Made by a program: the position numbers and the translations under genes
Notes under the pieces: model-generated
The model's database searches: none
What the model saw: only the letters and a program-made list of their open reading frames with translations
Told to the model about the DNA's origin: nothing
Shown here: positions 1 to 14,498 of the stretch, in pieces
Layout: the number at the start of each line of letters is the position of its first letter
How positions within the stretch are numbered: position 1 is the stretch's first letter
From: Camelus dromedarius
Taxonomy: Eukaryota
Reading direction: 5' to 3'
NCBI RefSeq assembly: GCF_036321535.1
Contig: NC_087437.1
Location: 99,760,001 to 99,824,000 of the forward strand
Length of the DNA stretch: 64,000 nt

Positions 1-1797
1 CAGCTAAAACTATCAAGAGACGTGGCCAGGCCCTTTGAGTAGATAAATGACAAGAATAGACAAAAACTGTAGCTTTTCCATTGTATCAGCAATATGTACC
101 CTGAAAACCTGTCTAGATAATTTAACTACTGCCTATGTAGAAAAAAGATAGATTTATAATACTTTTTAGGCCAAAGACTGCAGTTGAAATTCTTTAATGA
201 TATCTGTCCAGTCTGTGCCATCCAATTCATTTTCTCCCTAGGAGAAATTACTTGGGTCAAAAGTCATTGGTTTAAGTCCCTAGGTATATTATGAGACACA
301 GAATGTTAAACTCAAATGCCATTATCAACTTTCTGATAAAGACTTTTGTCCCAGAAATTCTAATTTTGCGGTTATAGTGATTAATGAGTTTTGTGGAGAT
401 TTAGGCTCTCACTCCTACACTTGAATTACTGACTCAGTAGAAATCAGTGTCACAACCCAGTTACTCTGCTAGTGTGCCGGCATTTTTTTCTCCTTTGGCT
501 TAGCCTGTCTAGATAAGTTATTCTCATACGTTGCTTCCCAAGAATGTCAATGAACTTTCTCTTTCATGCATTTTTCGGAAATGCAGCCTATTGAGAGAAA
601 CAAGTATCCACTCTTAACTTTAACTTATTTCACCTAAAATCTATAAAGCATCCATCTCTTTGAAGATTGTTATGGGCTTATATTTCAATTTGGTAAGCCG
701 TGTCTTTCCAGTAAGTCTGATGCTATTTGCAAATCAATCCTAGACCTATAAAACACAAGTAGAAGTTGACAGGACCTGGAGCAGAATCAATTTTCTCTTT
801 AATAGATGTGTGGATCAATTGTGACGATAGATGTATCCTGACATTATTTAATCAGAATTTATGTTTACCATCTGGGCAGTTCTTGAGAACTCATATGCAA
901 AGTTTTCACTTTGTAGGTTTTGTAAACTAAATGTTTCATACCAGGTTAAATTTGCATGAGCTTCAAAGGGAAGTGGAACTCTTCAAGTAGTGGAATGTAT
1001 GTTTCAGTGAAAAAATAGGCATCTAAAGCCATGATGGGTTGTCCAAGGAAAAGTCTCATCTTTGCAATGCTCCCCAGCTAACATAACTGTCTGGTTCTGT
1101 GAAAGATGAGACACAGATTGTATTTATCGTATGTATTTATTCCACATATGATATTAAGTAACTGACATGTGTCAGATATCATGCTAATTAGATTTAAGAT
1201 GATATGTCTTTTCACTCCCAGTATTTTTCACAGAGTCCTATCATGGAGGATGTGTAAAATGTTGTTATATTGTCCCCTCTTTTGTGAAGTTTAGTTGCTC
1301 TATGCTTTATATCATGATATTATTATGCAAAATTGAATTTTTGGATAAATTCTGCTACAAATCATCTGATACATTATAAAACCAAATAGAAATTTTCTCA
1401 GGACTTGAGGCTGTTGTGAAAGGTTAGTGCCACTGTAATTCTTCATTAGAACAAATTATTGAGAAGTGGCTGAATTGCCGTAACCTGAGGTTTTACTCCC
1501 TATAAGAGCCTGAACTGACATTTTAAATTTAGGCCAGTCTGTTTTTTGCAGGACCGAATATATTGAGGTAGCCCTCTGGTGAGATTTGAAAAGTGCTAGA
1601 AAAATCTCTCCTGTTCCCAAATACGTTCATCACAGCACTGAAAATGACCACATGAAAAGTTCTGTCCTTGAGGTTAAAATTTTCACTCCAAAATTTGCTT
1701 TGAGATAAAAGTACTCTAGAAAAGAAGTTTATTTATGTTTTATTAGTCCTTAATACAGTTATAATTAGTAGAGTAGATACAGAATAGGACACAGAAC

Positions 1798-2344
1798 TGT
1801 TACCCCAAAGGTAAAGACCCTGGTTCTTGTCATACCTGAAAGACAAGTTGGCAGTTGGGAGATGGTGTGTTGTGTAGCAAAAGATTTTTAAAGATTTATT
1901 TGAAAAGAAAGGAAAGGTACACGCCCAAGAATGGGAGGCGGGCTGATCCAAGGGAGGATAAAGCAGCAGTGTCTGTCTTCCTTTCTCTCACACCCTCACT
2001 TAGAGGTGGCCTCTTGATGGATTGACAGCTCTTGTCCCTGGAGTGCTTAGTCATGTTTGGGCCCTTTGCGCATGTCCTTACCCATGGTGCACACAGAAAA
2101 GCCCATGATGGAGCCTAAATAGCAATATTAACTATAATACAAGGAACACTGGCTAGTGTCCGGTTAAGTCCTTTCTGCTACCGCCCAGTCATGGCTGTCG
2201 GGTTTTAATCAGTTTTTTTTTGCTGGCCCTCATTTAGAAGTAAAGTCCCTTTATGCTGGAGGTGGGCACAGCGCCATCTTCCGGACCATCCTCCCTCTCC
2301 TCCCTCTATCTGCTGGGTGCCCTCACTTATCTAACTACCTAACA
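1798..2344 (-). mobile_element. Solo ERV LTR (ERV1/MER41-like, lineage-specific)
   Basis: TGTTA...TAACA termini; 4-bp flanks GAAC (1794-1797) and GATC (2345-2348) with 1 mismatch; minus-strand AATAAA near 1895-1900; minus-strand start TGTTAGGTAGTTAGA; GC/CpG richer than its flanks. Confidence 0.8.
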
Positions 2345-2544
2345 GATCAAGCAAACATATTTAAATAATCAGATGCTTTATTGAAGAATGATTTGCCTAA
2401 GACTATTTCACTCACTTTACTGTGCAATTTGATGAGATTTGAAAAATGCATTAACCGTGTGCTAATCACTTACAGAGCCTTTCCCTGAACTGAAAAAGTT
2501 GTATCTTTATATGTGATTATTTGTGTGGGAGCCATTTCCCTGGC

Positions 2545-3790
2545 TTCTTTTTATTTCTTTTCATCACTAGTTTTCAGCAATTTGATCATGTGTCATGATG
2601 TGGTTTTGTTTGCATTTATTCAGCTTCAGTGCTCTTTTTTGAATGTGACAATTTTAAAAATTTGAAATATTTTGATCATTCTCCCCCAACTACAATTTCA
2701 TCCCTACAAGACAACTTGATATTATCTCACAGGTCCCTAATGAACCAAACCTTGTTTTCTTTCTTTCCTCACTTTGTGCTTTATTTTGGATATTTTCTAT
2801 TTGAATGCAAGTCCACTGATGTTTTCTTCTGCAATTTCTAATCTGCGATTCATCATATCTAATGTATTTTTCATTCAGACACCGTGTTTTTAAGTCTAGC
2901 AGTTATAAAGTTTTCACTTTTATATCTTCCATTTCTTACCATGTTTTCTTACTATCTTCAGATCTGTTTTAAGGTTCAACTAGATGCTTAAGGCATTTCT
3001 GTCAGATCCTTCCAATATTTCTGTCGTATTTGGATCTGTTTCTATTGATTTCTTTTCTACCAGCAATGAGCTATGGAGTCCTGCTCTTTTGCACACTGGT
3101 TAATTTTTTATTAGATGCAAGAAATCGTGAATTGTGAGGTTTTAAGTGGTAATTTTTTTTCTTTAAATAATTTTGAACTTGTTTTCTGGCCTGGAATAAG
3201 TTGGATACTTTCAAGGTACGATTTCTCGCTTTTTTATTGAAATTTTAAAACAACCTTTACTCTTCTGAGGGTTCTACCCAACATTTGCAGGAATCAGGAA
3301 ATTTATCACTTCTGGCTGGTGGGAACATGTATTCTTCTCAGCCACAGGTGAGCTCCAGAGAATTTCCCATATACTACTGTCTAGTTGGTGTTTTTTTTGG
3401 CTTCACAAAATTTTACTTCATGCATCATAAATTTCAATGCAATCAAAGGCACAAGAAGACACCTTTGCAGACCTCCAAAACTCTGCATGTGTATGTGCAT
3501 AACCCCCTTCTTTGGATATTTTGCCCTACACATTTTAGCCAATTTCCTCTCTTAGCTCTAATCTCAATTATTAACTCAGCTAAATTGCTAGACCCTGTTT
3601 GAATTTCCCCTTGATGCCCTATAATCCACAAACTGCACCACCCAAGTGTAAGTTGGGGAAATTTTAGGATTCACTCCATTTATTTCCTAACCTCAGAGAT
3701 CACAGTTGTGCACTGGCTCTTGTTCAATGTGTGAAATTGGTCATCTTTTGTATTTCATCCAGTTTTATAGAGGTGTTTGGCAGAAAGATA
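2545..3790 (-). mobile_element. Ancient L1 (L1M-type 5'/ORF1 region), degraded
   Basis: T-rich antisense L1-like text (ttttcagcaatttgatcatg..., ttcttctgcaatttctaatctg..., tatttcatccagttttatag); boundaries approximate. Confidence 0.55.
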
Positions 3791-4952
3791 ATTTTCATAG
3801 CAGTTCATCTTTCATGGGTAGTAGTAGAATTTCAGGTGAGTTTTGGTGAGAGTGAAGGAAGAATTTCTGGATGAAGGAACTTGACCTTGAAGGATTAAAC
3901 TGAGGAGAGAATTGATGCAGAGAATTCTGGGAAACCATAGCATAACAATAAAAGTTGCTTATGGACAAAAGAGGCAAAGACAAATTTTACTTACTGCCCA
4001 GTTTTTCATATAAGAATATTCCATTTTATTTATATTCATCTCCATAGAAAATCCTATGAAGTATTCAGCACTGCTCACTAAGGAATCATTATCCTAAAAT
4101 TCCTCTTTCCAATTTCCGAACCACTGCAGGACAGGGAGTCTAGGTTTGATCTTAAGAAAACCTAAGATTGGGTTCCCGTTTCTTCTCCTCCATTCCTTTC
4201 CTGCTGTTCTTTTTTGAGCTATGATTTTCATCCCATTTGTTACATCATCTCTCTGTTCTTGTTTTCTATTGCTACTTGCAGTCAAGATGTACAAAGTCCG
4301 CCAAGGTTTACTAGTACTAAGCTTACTATTACCATGCACAAACCTATTTATTCTGTAAGAATACATTTATATCATACTTTTGCAAAGGACTTTTCTACAC
4401 ACATTTTAAAAAGAAACCTCTGAGATATTTTTCATAGCTTCAAATACCACCTATATATTGAGAAGTCCCAAAGCATTATGTGTACCCAAGGTTTCTCTCC
4501 TAAATTTCAGGCCTCAATATCCAATGCTTTTCTGGGCACTTCCACTTAGACAAATTTGATATTTGCTAAAGTGAATTTTTCAACTTTCTTCACCAGATAT
4601 ACTTTTGAAGACAATTGCCTTTGAGGATCAAAACTAAAAAATAAGGACAGGAAGGGCAGGAGATTGATGGATTTCATTACAAGCATTTTAATATCTCTTA
4701 ATAAAACTGTATGAATTTATTATTTTATAGAATTTTAAAATATTAAAAAAAACATTGAAAAAGGAAAATCTTATCTCCTGTCTTGAAAAGCAAGCACATC
4801 CCAAAGGAAGGAAATTGGGGTTCTGACCCTATGAAGAAGTAAAAAGTGCTCTGTTAAGTGTCAAACCCCAGACACGAGACAGCACAGAGGAAGGGGATAT
4901 TTCTCCTTAACTTCATGTCCTCTCTCCTTTCATAATAGTGTAGCAATAAATA

Positions 4953-5357
4953 ACTCTTCTAGGAGAACAGTTTTGAGATGTATGTGAGATAATGTTTTGC
5001 CTATGTTTTCTTCTAGGAGGTTTCTTGTATCTTGTCTTATGTTTTAAGTCTTTGATCGATTTTGAGTTTATTTTTGTGTATGGTGTAAGGGGGTGTTCTA
5101 GCTTCATTGTTTTACATGCTGCTGTCCAGTTTTCCCAACACCATTTGCTGAAGAGATTGTCTTTATTCCATTGTATGTTCTTGTCTCCTTTGTTGAAGAT
5201 TAGTTGACCAAAAGTTTGTGGGCTGATTTCAGGGCTCTCTATTCTGTTCCATTGGTCCATATGTCTATTTTTGTACCAATACCATGCTGTTTTGATTACT
5301 GTAGCTCTGTAGTATTGTCTGAAGTCTGGGAGGGTTATTCCTCCAGCCTCTTTCTTT
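4953..5357 (-). mobile_element. Young L1, 5'-inverted segment (ORF2 fragment)
   Basis: Minus-strand translation [11 protein letters not shown]...[44 protein letters not shown]...[10 protein letters not shown] is typical of L1 ORF2p. Confidence 0.95.
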
Positions 5358-6462
<1,105 letters not shown>

Positions 6463-9400
6463 GAGGGATTCAGCTCAAACCTGAGTAGAGAGAAGTCTGG
6501 GATGGCCACTTTGGGGGATACACTAAGTGGACACTGAACAATAGAAATATAATATGTAAATTCGTAGCCATATTAAAATAAACAAAATGTGAAATTTAAA
6601 AAAAACTCTTCTTTTTTTTGTTTGTTTTTTTTTGTGTGTGTGTGTTTTTACTTAAATGGTAAACTAAGTTTCATGGCAATGAAACAAATCTTACACTTTC
6701 ACATCATCTATTTAGTAATAAACTTTGACAAAAAAAGAAATTGTTCTAAATACTTTGGTAATAAATCATATGACATGACATGATACCTAATGAATGATGG
6801 GCAATGATGAAAACATTTCCTAATGTATGATGAGGCTGATTGTTTTCTCTCCTTTGGCTTATGTAATTAAATTTAAAACATCCCTGCAAGGTGAAGGGAA
6901 TTATACTTTTAATTTTTTAATCTAATATTCAGCATATTCAATTAAGGCTGTCAACATAGCAGGGCTGATTCTTTACCTGCTATTTGGAGACCTGAGATTG
7001 CGGACCTTGAAGAAAAATTATGCTCTGGCTCAAGAGGAAGATTTGTACTAGCTATACAGAAACACAAGGGAAAGTTTCGAGATTAAGCTGAGGAATTTAA
7101 CTGCTCACTCTCAGTATGTATACCTGCTTCCAAAGACCCAATTTATGTAACTAAGTGTAATTTAAAGCACCCACGGTAATTGATTCTGTTTAGTTTAAAT
7201 GAAACAAAACTTCAGCTATCGGAATGACTTTATTTTGAAATATTTCTGGTGTTGTATTGCTTCAAATCGTCTAAGGAGATTGGATAATTCATCCTGAATT
7301 ATTTTCTCCCTTAAGTTCCGAGTTACAGCAAACAGTACATCTTAGTGGGCAGATCTTATGACTTGATTTACTGATACTGTGCCTTCTCCTTTAACTAGAT
7401 TTTTACATGCTCACATACTTGTGGTCACTGCCTTTCTGCCCCTGAAACTTTACTTTCACATAGCAAATATTTCTCAACTAGTTACATTTTCTTGAAGTTT
7501 ATTCTTACCAGTACATATTCTTTTTATCTTTATTTTTCTGAATCCAATGCAATCAGATCAGTGTAAATGGACCCAAACATTTGCCTTTTTCTTTTAAAAG
7601 GGTCTGGTCTATTATAAAAAGGGTTTTATGCTGAACTTTTTAAGTTTCCATTGGTACATTCCTCTTTTTTTTTTTTTTTTTTACTGTGGATTATAATGAA
7701 AACCAACCATATTTTTGATATTTGTTTATTACATTTGAGAGTCAAGACCAGTTCTTTTATTTTATTTCAGCCTACAAATAAATGACAATGAAATTTATTT
7801 TCAGGACTCTAAGGGTTAGAAGAATCTAAATATTGGATTTTTTAAAAAAAATCTTTAAAAATTATTGCCTATTTAAAAATCGCCATGACATTGTAATAAT
7901 TGAAAAAATTAATTATAAAAATGCAGAACTGAAATGTTTGCTATAGGGAGCTGGAAGAACAGATGAGAAACCTGGTGGGTATGGAGAGGGTAGGAACAAG
8001 ACTTCTTTTTATATCATTGTGATTTGTGAACCACACGACATAGTACTATTTTAAATAAATTGAAAGCCTTGTGGTGGTGGCATTATCCATGGTCAAAGGG
8101 GCTAAAAAGGAATGGTAAGTGCTCACTCAGTGACCCAATCTGTGTGACCCAGACAGGGTGTTGTCTATTTTAATGATGATTGAGAATGTTGTACAAATTG
8201 CATAGATTTCATGAAACAAAGATAATTTACTACAGAACAGGAGATTCTCCAGATGTACAGGCTGGGGAAATACTTGAAAAGGAAAGACACAACAAGAGGA
8301 AGCAGATGACTCTGACGGATGTTTCCAAAAGAGCTGTCACATCACGGCTCTCCTTTGGTTTCTGCAGATGCTGTTAGAACTAATCCTGATGACAAGTGAT
8401 TTTACTTCACGTTATCTGCAGATCAACAAAGGCTTCTCTGGTAAATAAAGTTTCTTTCTTTCTGTTTTTTTTTTTTTCTTTCTTGTTTTACTGAGCACAA
8501 TGCTTTTTGCCATTTTTAAGGGAAAAAAGTAAGTACTGCAAATTCAGCTTTAGGACTTTCAATGCAATTATTTTTTGCTTTTAGTTTATTCAATATTTAG
8601 GATTTATATTTGCTCCATTTTTAGTTTAAACCTAATATTTTAATATATGTAGAATGATAGACATAATACACTTTTTCAATTGACCTTTGTGATATAATTA
8701 TAGATAAGAAAAAGTTGTTTGGAAGAATAATATTCATAAACTTTTGGACTACTTATCAAATATTGACTTCATGTAAATATATGACATACCACAATATCTT
8801 CTTTATTCTTTATTTTTGTGCCCTTCAGAATTTAAGGCAAGAAATCATAGAAACTAGAGCAGGACCAGCCCTAGACATTCAGATAAAGTGTATCTTAATG
8901 CATCATAGCATCCTGCCCAAATGTATTAAATTCTAATTTAAACGTATAAGGAACATTAGAGAATATCAAGTTGGAAATCACTCAGTTTTCACATGAGGAA
9001 ATTCAGTTCGATAAAAATCTAGTAATTTTCTCAACATCACAGAACTAATTAGCAGACAGAGCCCCAGAATGAGATTTTTTGTCACTCAGTTTTCTAGCTT
9101 CTAACTCACAAACTCAACTTGCTTTATGGGAGATTCTTCTATGAAAATTAAAATATACATTTGAATCTATTCAGATGATTTTAAAACATACTCATGTGTT
9201 TTAACATTGGATTTTATTAGAAAGAAAGATTTTTAAGCCATGAGAATGTTGACTATTATATGTAGGAATGGCTCCTGGAAAATCCAAGCTTGAAATCAAA
9301 GAATATTGAGGTGTATGAGGGGGGAAATCACAGAGCAGCATCTCATTAAACAATTCTAGAGCAAAAGGAAACAAAATGAACAATAAAAGATTTCAAGAAA

Positions 9401-11515
9401 GATGACTTGGATTACAAAGGAAAATGGTAAGCCAAGAAGCAAGTACAACTTATATTTACTACCAACTAAATGTTGACAGTAACACTGACTAGCTGAGTAA
9501 ACTGGAGGTGAAAATACAGGTGATCTGAACACCGGTGTTGGCAAGGGTGAAGTGAAGTAGGAGGCAAGTAAAAGCATGATTAAATTCTTTATTTAATTGG
9601 GAAGAGGTTATAGTTGGTGATAAACTTTAGATATTGATACAAAACTGTACTAGGGTTAAATATCTGTACCCAAAACAGAAATGGGAAGAATGAAAGTAGG
9701 ATATATAATTTCTAAATCTCCAGATGAAAGCAAAGGGAGACAAGTACAATAAAATTTTTTTTAAAAAAAAGGGTGGGGAATAATAGACAAGACAATGTTT
9801 ATCAAACCACTGTAGGTCAAGCAATGTTAATCTCAGGTACAGCAATGGGTAAGCTCCAAAGATCCAAATGGAAGAGAATTTCTTTGTAATAAAAAAGTTG
9901 CACTGACAAAAGCACAAGAAGAAATTAAAAACTCAATAATTATTCATTAAAGAATTTAACATGGTTTTCCTAAATGAAAAGAACAACTTTCCCAGCCATT
10001 TTCATGTTATACAGTGGCTTTATGTGAGATAAATTTAATATTACTTATAAAAACTACTTAAATATTTTGGAATGAATACTTTCAACATGGTAGACAAGAC
10101 CTCCGTACAATATCTTAGGCTGTCTTTACACTTCCTTCACACTTAAATCCATGATACTTGGTGCTAGACTAGAGTAACGAACTCTAATAAATTCGTTGAA
10201 GTGTTTGGTATCATTTCTGGCAATGATTTGGAGGGAGGGCCTGCGTGGGCAAACTCTACTTCAGAAATTTTCAAATTATGATGAACAATTTTATTCTTTC
10301 TCAGAGTGTACATAGCATTCATGTGAATCTGTGGACTAACCAGATTCTTTACAAAGAAGGGTTTTGAAATATGTAGTAAGTTATGACTGCCAAATAATTC
10401 TAAGTGAGAAGTTAACAGTACTCTTCTAGCTCTAAAAACACTACAAAATCCTTCAGCATTCAGTTCTAACTTCTCCTCATGTTGATTAGATGAGATTTTA
10501 ATCTTCGAAATAACCCTACTATGTTCTCTTCCTCATTTAACTGAAGCATCAGATCTTTATTTGTACTTTAAAGATGCAAAAAAAAAAAAAAAAGGCAGTT
10601 ACAGCTATTACAACGAAGCCTCACTCTTGGGGCCCGCGCCACAGGATCTGGCTGGAACATACACATTTTTATCCTGAGGAAATACCTTTCCACACTACGG
10701 ATGATTGTCATGACAAAATTCCCATTATTACGGGTCATACCTTTGCACTAATGAGTTTACTATTCGATTTAGGCATATTAATAATTGATAGATTTAACAT
10801 CACCAAAAAAATGCATTTCTATGATAACTTTACTGTCATAGTCTTTGTTTGAATAATTAACCCAGTTACAAGTAAACCTATTGTGATTTCTCAGAATAAG
10901 AACTTTTTAATTAATACACTGTTACCCCAATGCAGATAAATTTTTAAAATTCCTAATCTAAAATCTATATTTCCACTATGTTTGAAGAAAGTCAAGTGAT
11001 GTAATTTGATGTTCTCAGGTACAGTCACTTTTGTATGTGTGAATATACAATTTGGAGAATTTTATAACAATAGCTTTTTTTTAAAAAACAGATTGCTCAG
11101 TGATAACAATGTTCCTTTCTAAAAAAGTGCACACCGGCATCCATGCATTTTGCTTTAAGTAGTTTCGCATGCTCCCCCCACAATGAAACCTGTTTTGATA
11201 TAAGATTATTAAGGATCTAGCTTCTAAAGAGCCTTATAATTTTTAAATTGCAAAAGTCTGAATCTTTAGGGTAAAGCAGGGTTGGCAGATGGGTGGAAAG
11301 AGAAGAACAACACACAAAGCCAGAAGAAATGCCTGGAATGTGATTGATATTTGGACTTCGAGCAAACACAGAGAGTGACGCCTGCAAAGGAGGCTGCAGA
11401 AGGAGGGAGGAGAATAACAAATCAAATTCTGCTCTTTTAAATTAAAAAAAAAATTTATAACAATGTGAAATCATCATGAATTTGGCTTGCAGTTTGGCCA
11501 AGAATAGTGCACCTT

Positions 11516-11661
11516 GGGAGGGTATGCTCAGTGGTAGAGTGCCTGCTTAGCATGCACAAGGTCCTGGGTTCAATCCCCAGTACCTCCAAATAAATAAATA
11601 AACCTAATAACCTCCCTCCCCCAAAAAGAAAGAAAAAATAAAGTTAAAAATATTTTTAAAA
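11516..11661 (+). mobile_element. tRNA-derived SINE, camelid vic-1 type
   Basis: A box (gctcagtggtaga), B box (ggttcaatcc), A-rich tail; 16-bp TSD aagaatagtg[c/t]acctt at 11500-11515 and 11662-11677. Confidence 0.92.
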
Positions 11662-12689
11662 AAGAATAGTGTACCTTAAGCGTTCACAGATATTTCTCTT
11701 GCCCTTATCACCTTGAACGGTTATTCACCCAGAATGAGTTGTGTTTATAAGTCATGAGATGCTTCTTCCATGATTTTAGTGGCCTCTAAACTCATGTGAA
11801 ATTTATACATTTAAGTCCTGTCCAAAATGAATCACATCTTTTTTTTTTTTTTTTTTTAGAAACTGCAGCCAATTTAAAACATTCAATACAAAATGAGAAC
11901 TAAAAATGCTTTAGCTGGCTGAGAAATGCAGAAGAAAAAGATATGAAAGGCTACACAATTTGACATGACGGACATTATCTCATTATTTTTGCAGTTTTAA
12001 TATTAGAAAACAGTACTAAAACTGAAATTTGAATACATGTCACCAAGTGGCAGAGCTGTTTCAATCATAACTGATGTGGACAAAACTATTTTTTCTTTCT
12101 TATAACAAAAATAAAATTCTTCATTCTAAAGTGAATGAGAATTAATAAGCCAAATGTTCAGAAAGTTGATAGCATGGAAGCTGTCCTTAACTGGAAGAAA
12201 GCTTATTTGACAAATAGGATTATAATAAACCAGGCAAAGTCAAACAGCCTTGAAAAGCTGTAATACTTAAATGAGTATTTTCCATTTTTTTCCCCTCTGT
12301 TTATTCCACGTAATTCTTTGGAACATCTTTGTTATTTCCTGATTTTTTCTTGTTTATAGTGCTTTATTGCATAAGAATTAAAGACTGAAGAAAATATTGT
12401 AGTATTATATTTGGTAGAATGGTCTGTGTTAAGAAATATATCCCAACACATACGAACGATCAAAAACAACAGACATTTATTTATTAAACCCTTAAGAGTT
12501 CAAGAAAGGGGCTGCTTTTCATCTGGCTGCTCTCCTCTTGTGATAATTCAAGGAATCACACTCTTTTTATCTCAGGACTCTGCCAATCCAGAGGCAGCCC
12601 AAACAAAACCTGTTGTCATGACAACGAGGAAGAGAATGATATCAGAAAAAAATTGGAAATCAGAAAAAAATTCTAAAGTGAAGGTAAAG

Positions 12690-12913
12690 TTTAGAGAGTG
12701 GATGGTATTTCAAAAGAAAGAGCCCCAAGGAAATAGCATCCCCCAAAACACTGTGAACAGAGGAAGAAAGAAAAGCATGTTCTGGAAATGATGAATGTCC
12801 TGGGTTGACAGTAACACAGGGTTCATGAAGGAGAATAAAATGGGGTCAAGTCTGGAAAAAGTTGTAAGTGTCAGATCATGGTTGACCTTGATGTTCTGCC
12901 AAGCTTTTGGAAC

Positions 12914-12958
<45 letters not shown>

Positions 12959-13430
12959 TCCATCCCTGGTAGGAAAATGGCTTAATAGCAGTATGAGGAA
13001 GAGGGGGCAGGAGGCGAGACCAGTTAAATCACTACTGGGAAATCCAGGGGCTTATTAGGTTCCTGAATAAGGCATCAGCTACAGAAAGGGAAAAGAGTGG
13101 ATTAATTTGAGAGAAAAATTTAGATTTAGAAATACCAAGTCCTAATAGCCAAGCTGTTTTCAGGAATAAATGAGAAATTGATAGTGTGGCTTCTGGTCAA
13201 TTAACCTGAGGGTAGCGGGGCTGTGTAAACCATGGTGGAAAACAAAGGTAGTGGGGCTCACTGAGGCCAAGAAGACCAGAGGTGCAGTTTAAGACATTTT
13301 AGGTTCGCTGTATGAGCAAGACATGTCTTTTACACTCAGAGAAACAGTCGAGGGTGTAAGTCTGAAACTTAAGAGGGAGCCAGGGTTTGAGTCATAGGTC
13401 TCCTGGGAACTATTTGGTAAGTGTGAGTAA
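12690..13430 (-). mobile_element. L2 fragment, interrupted by (CA)n
   Basis: Purine-rich antisense L2-like text (gaggcgagaccagttaaatcactactggga, aagagtggattaatttgagagaa). Confidence 0.5.
12916..12958. repeat. (CA)n microsatellite
   Basis: Read directly. Confidence 0.95.
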
Positions 13431-14237
13431 AATCAGTTAGGAAAGGACTGTCAAATAGAACATCAATCAATTTTAAATCACCTAGGAAAGCAGTTCCACT
13501 GAGCAATCATGACCTTCTCATACCAGCTGTAATTTTTTTTTTTAAATTTAACTAAGTGATAGATGAGACAAAAGAAACATCAACAGACTTGTTAAAGTAA
13601 GGTTTTAAAAAATATGCCCTGCTATATTTTCAGGGATGAGATCAAAGTGGGGTTTTGTTTTATTTTTTATGTATGTATTTTTCAATGATGACGAGTGTGT
13701 CATTGTCAATAGAATAATTTGGAACCTCCATAAGTAAATGCTAATGAACCAAAGGAGGGTCACATGTACATTACTGAACCAGTCACTGGTAAGACGAATG
13801 GGATTATCCCTTGAACCATCATCATTCTCTTCCTGGGGGAAGAGTGGAATTTACCTCATCAAGATATCTAGCTACGTGTGCGTTGGTGGGGTAGGATGTT
13901 CTTGAGGAAAAAAAAAAAGAGTAGATATATTGTGAAGGCAAAAAGTAGTGTTCATTGTATCAGGATTATCTGGTTAAGTGGATAAATAACAACAACAACA
14001 AGTTTGCATTTCAACCCTTATTGAATATTCAAAAATGTATTAATTCTTCTTACTTGAGTGAATAGAATTTATAAAGGATTTCTGTTCCCAGGGTTATCAT
14101 TTTAGATTAGAAAGAATCACTACAAAAAATTAAATACATACATGAAAAGTGTATGGAACTGAACTGAATACAACATCAAGGAATATACTGGGAGACGTTT
14201 TAATGAATTTCATGATGTGGTTATAATACATTAAGAA

Positions 14238-14352
14238 CGTTAAGTCCACAAGGGAGGAATGTTTTTTGTTATGTTCACTCATGAGTGTCCAGTGCCTAAA
14301 GCAATACCTGACACACAGGAGGCTCTCAATAAATATCTGTGGAATGAATATA
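14238..14352 (+). mobile_element. L2 3' end
   Basis: gttcact...ccagtgcctaaagcaatacctgacacacaggaggctctcaataaatatctgtggaatgaat matches the L2 terminus. Confidence 0.8.
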
Positions 14353-14371
14353 TTCATATCACTTTAGTTAC

Positions 14372-14498
14372 GGTTTTTCTCTCTCTCTGAAAAAAGAAAA
14401 TTCTATTTTGTATTTGATTATTTGGTATTTCTCTCTCTCTGGTTTTTCTCTCTCTCTGAAAAAAGAAAATTCTATTTTGTATTTGATTATTTGGTATT
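14372..14498. repeat. Perfect 58-bp direct duplication with an 11-bp spacer
   Basis: 14372-14429 is identical to 14441-14498; spacer tctctctctct. Confidence 0.97.

Noticed and set aside
11516..11590. tRNA gene (also 35840-35915)
   Set aside because: Has TSDs and A-rich tails and a degraded cloverleaf, so it is a SINE head
12038..12056. CTCF-like motif tcaccaagtggcag
   Set aside because: Mismatches in the core; cannot be supported without PWM scoring or ChIP data
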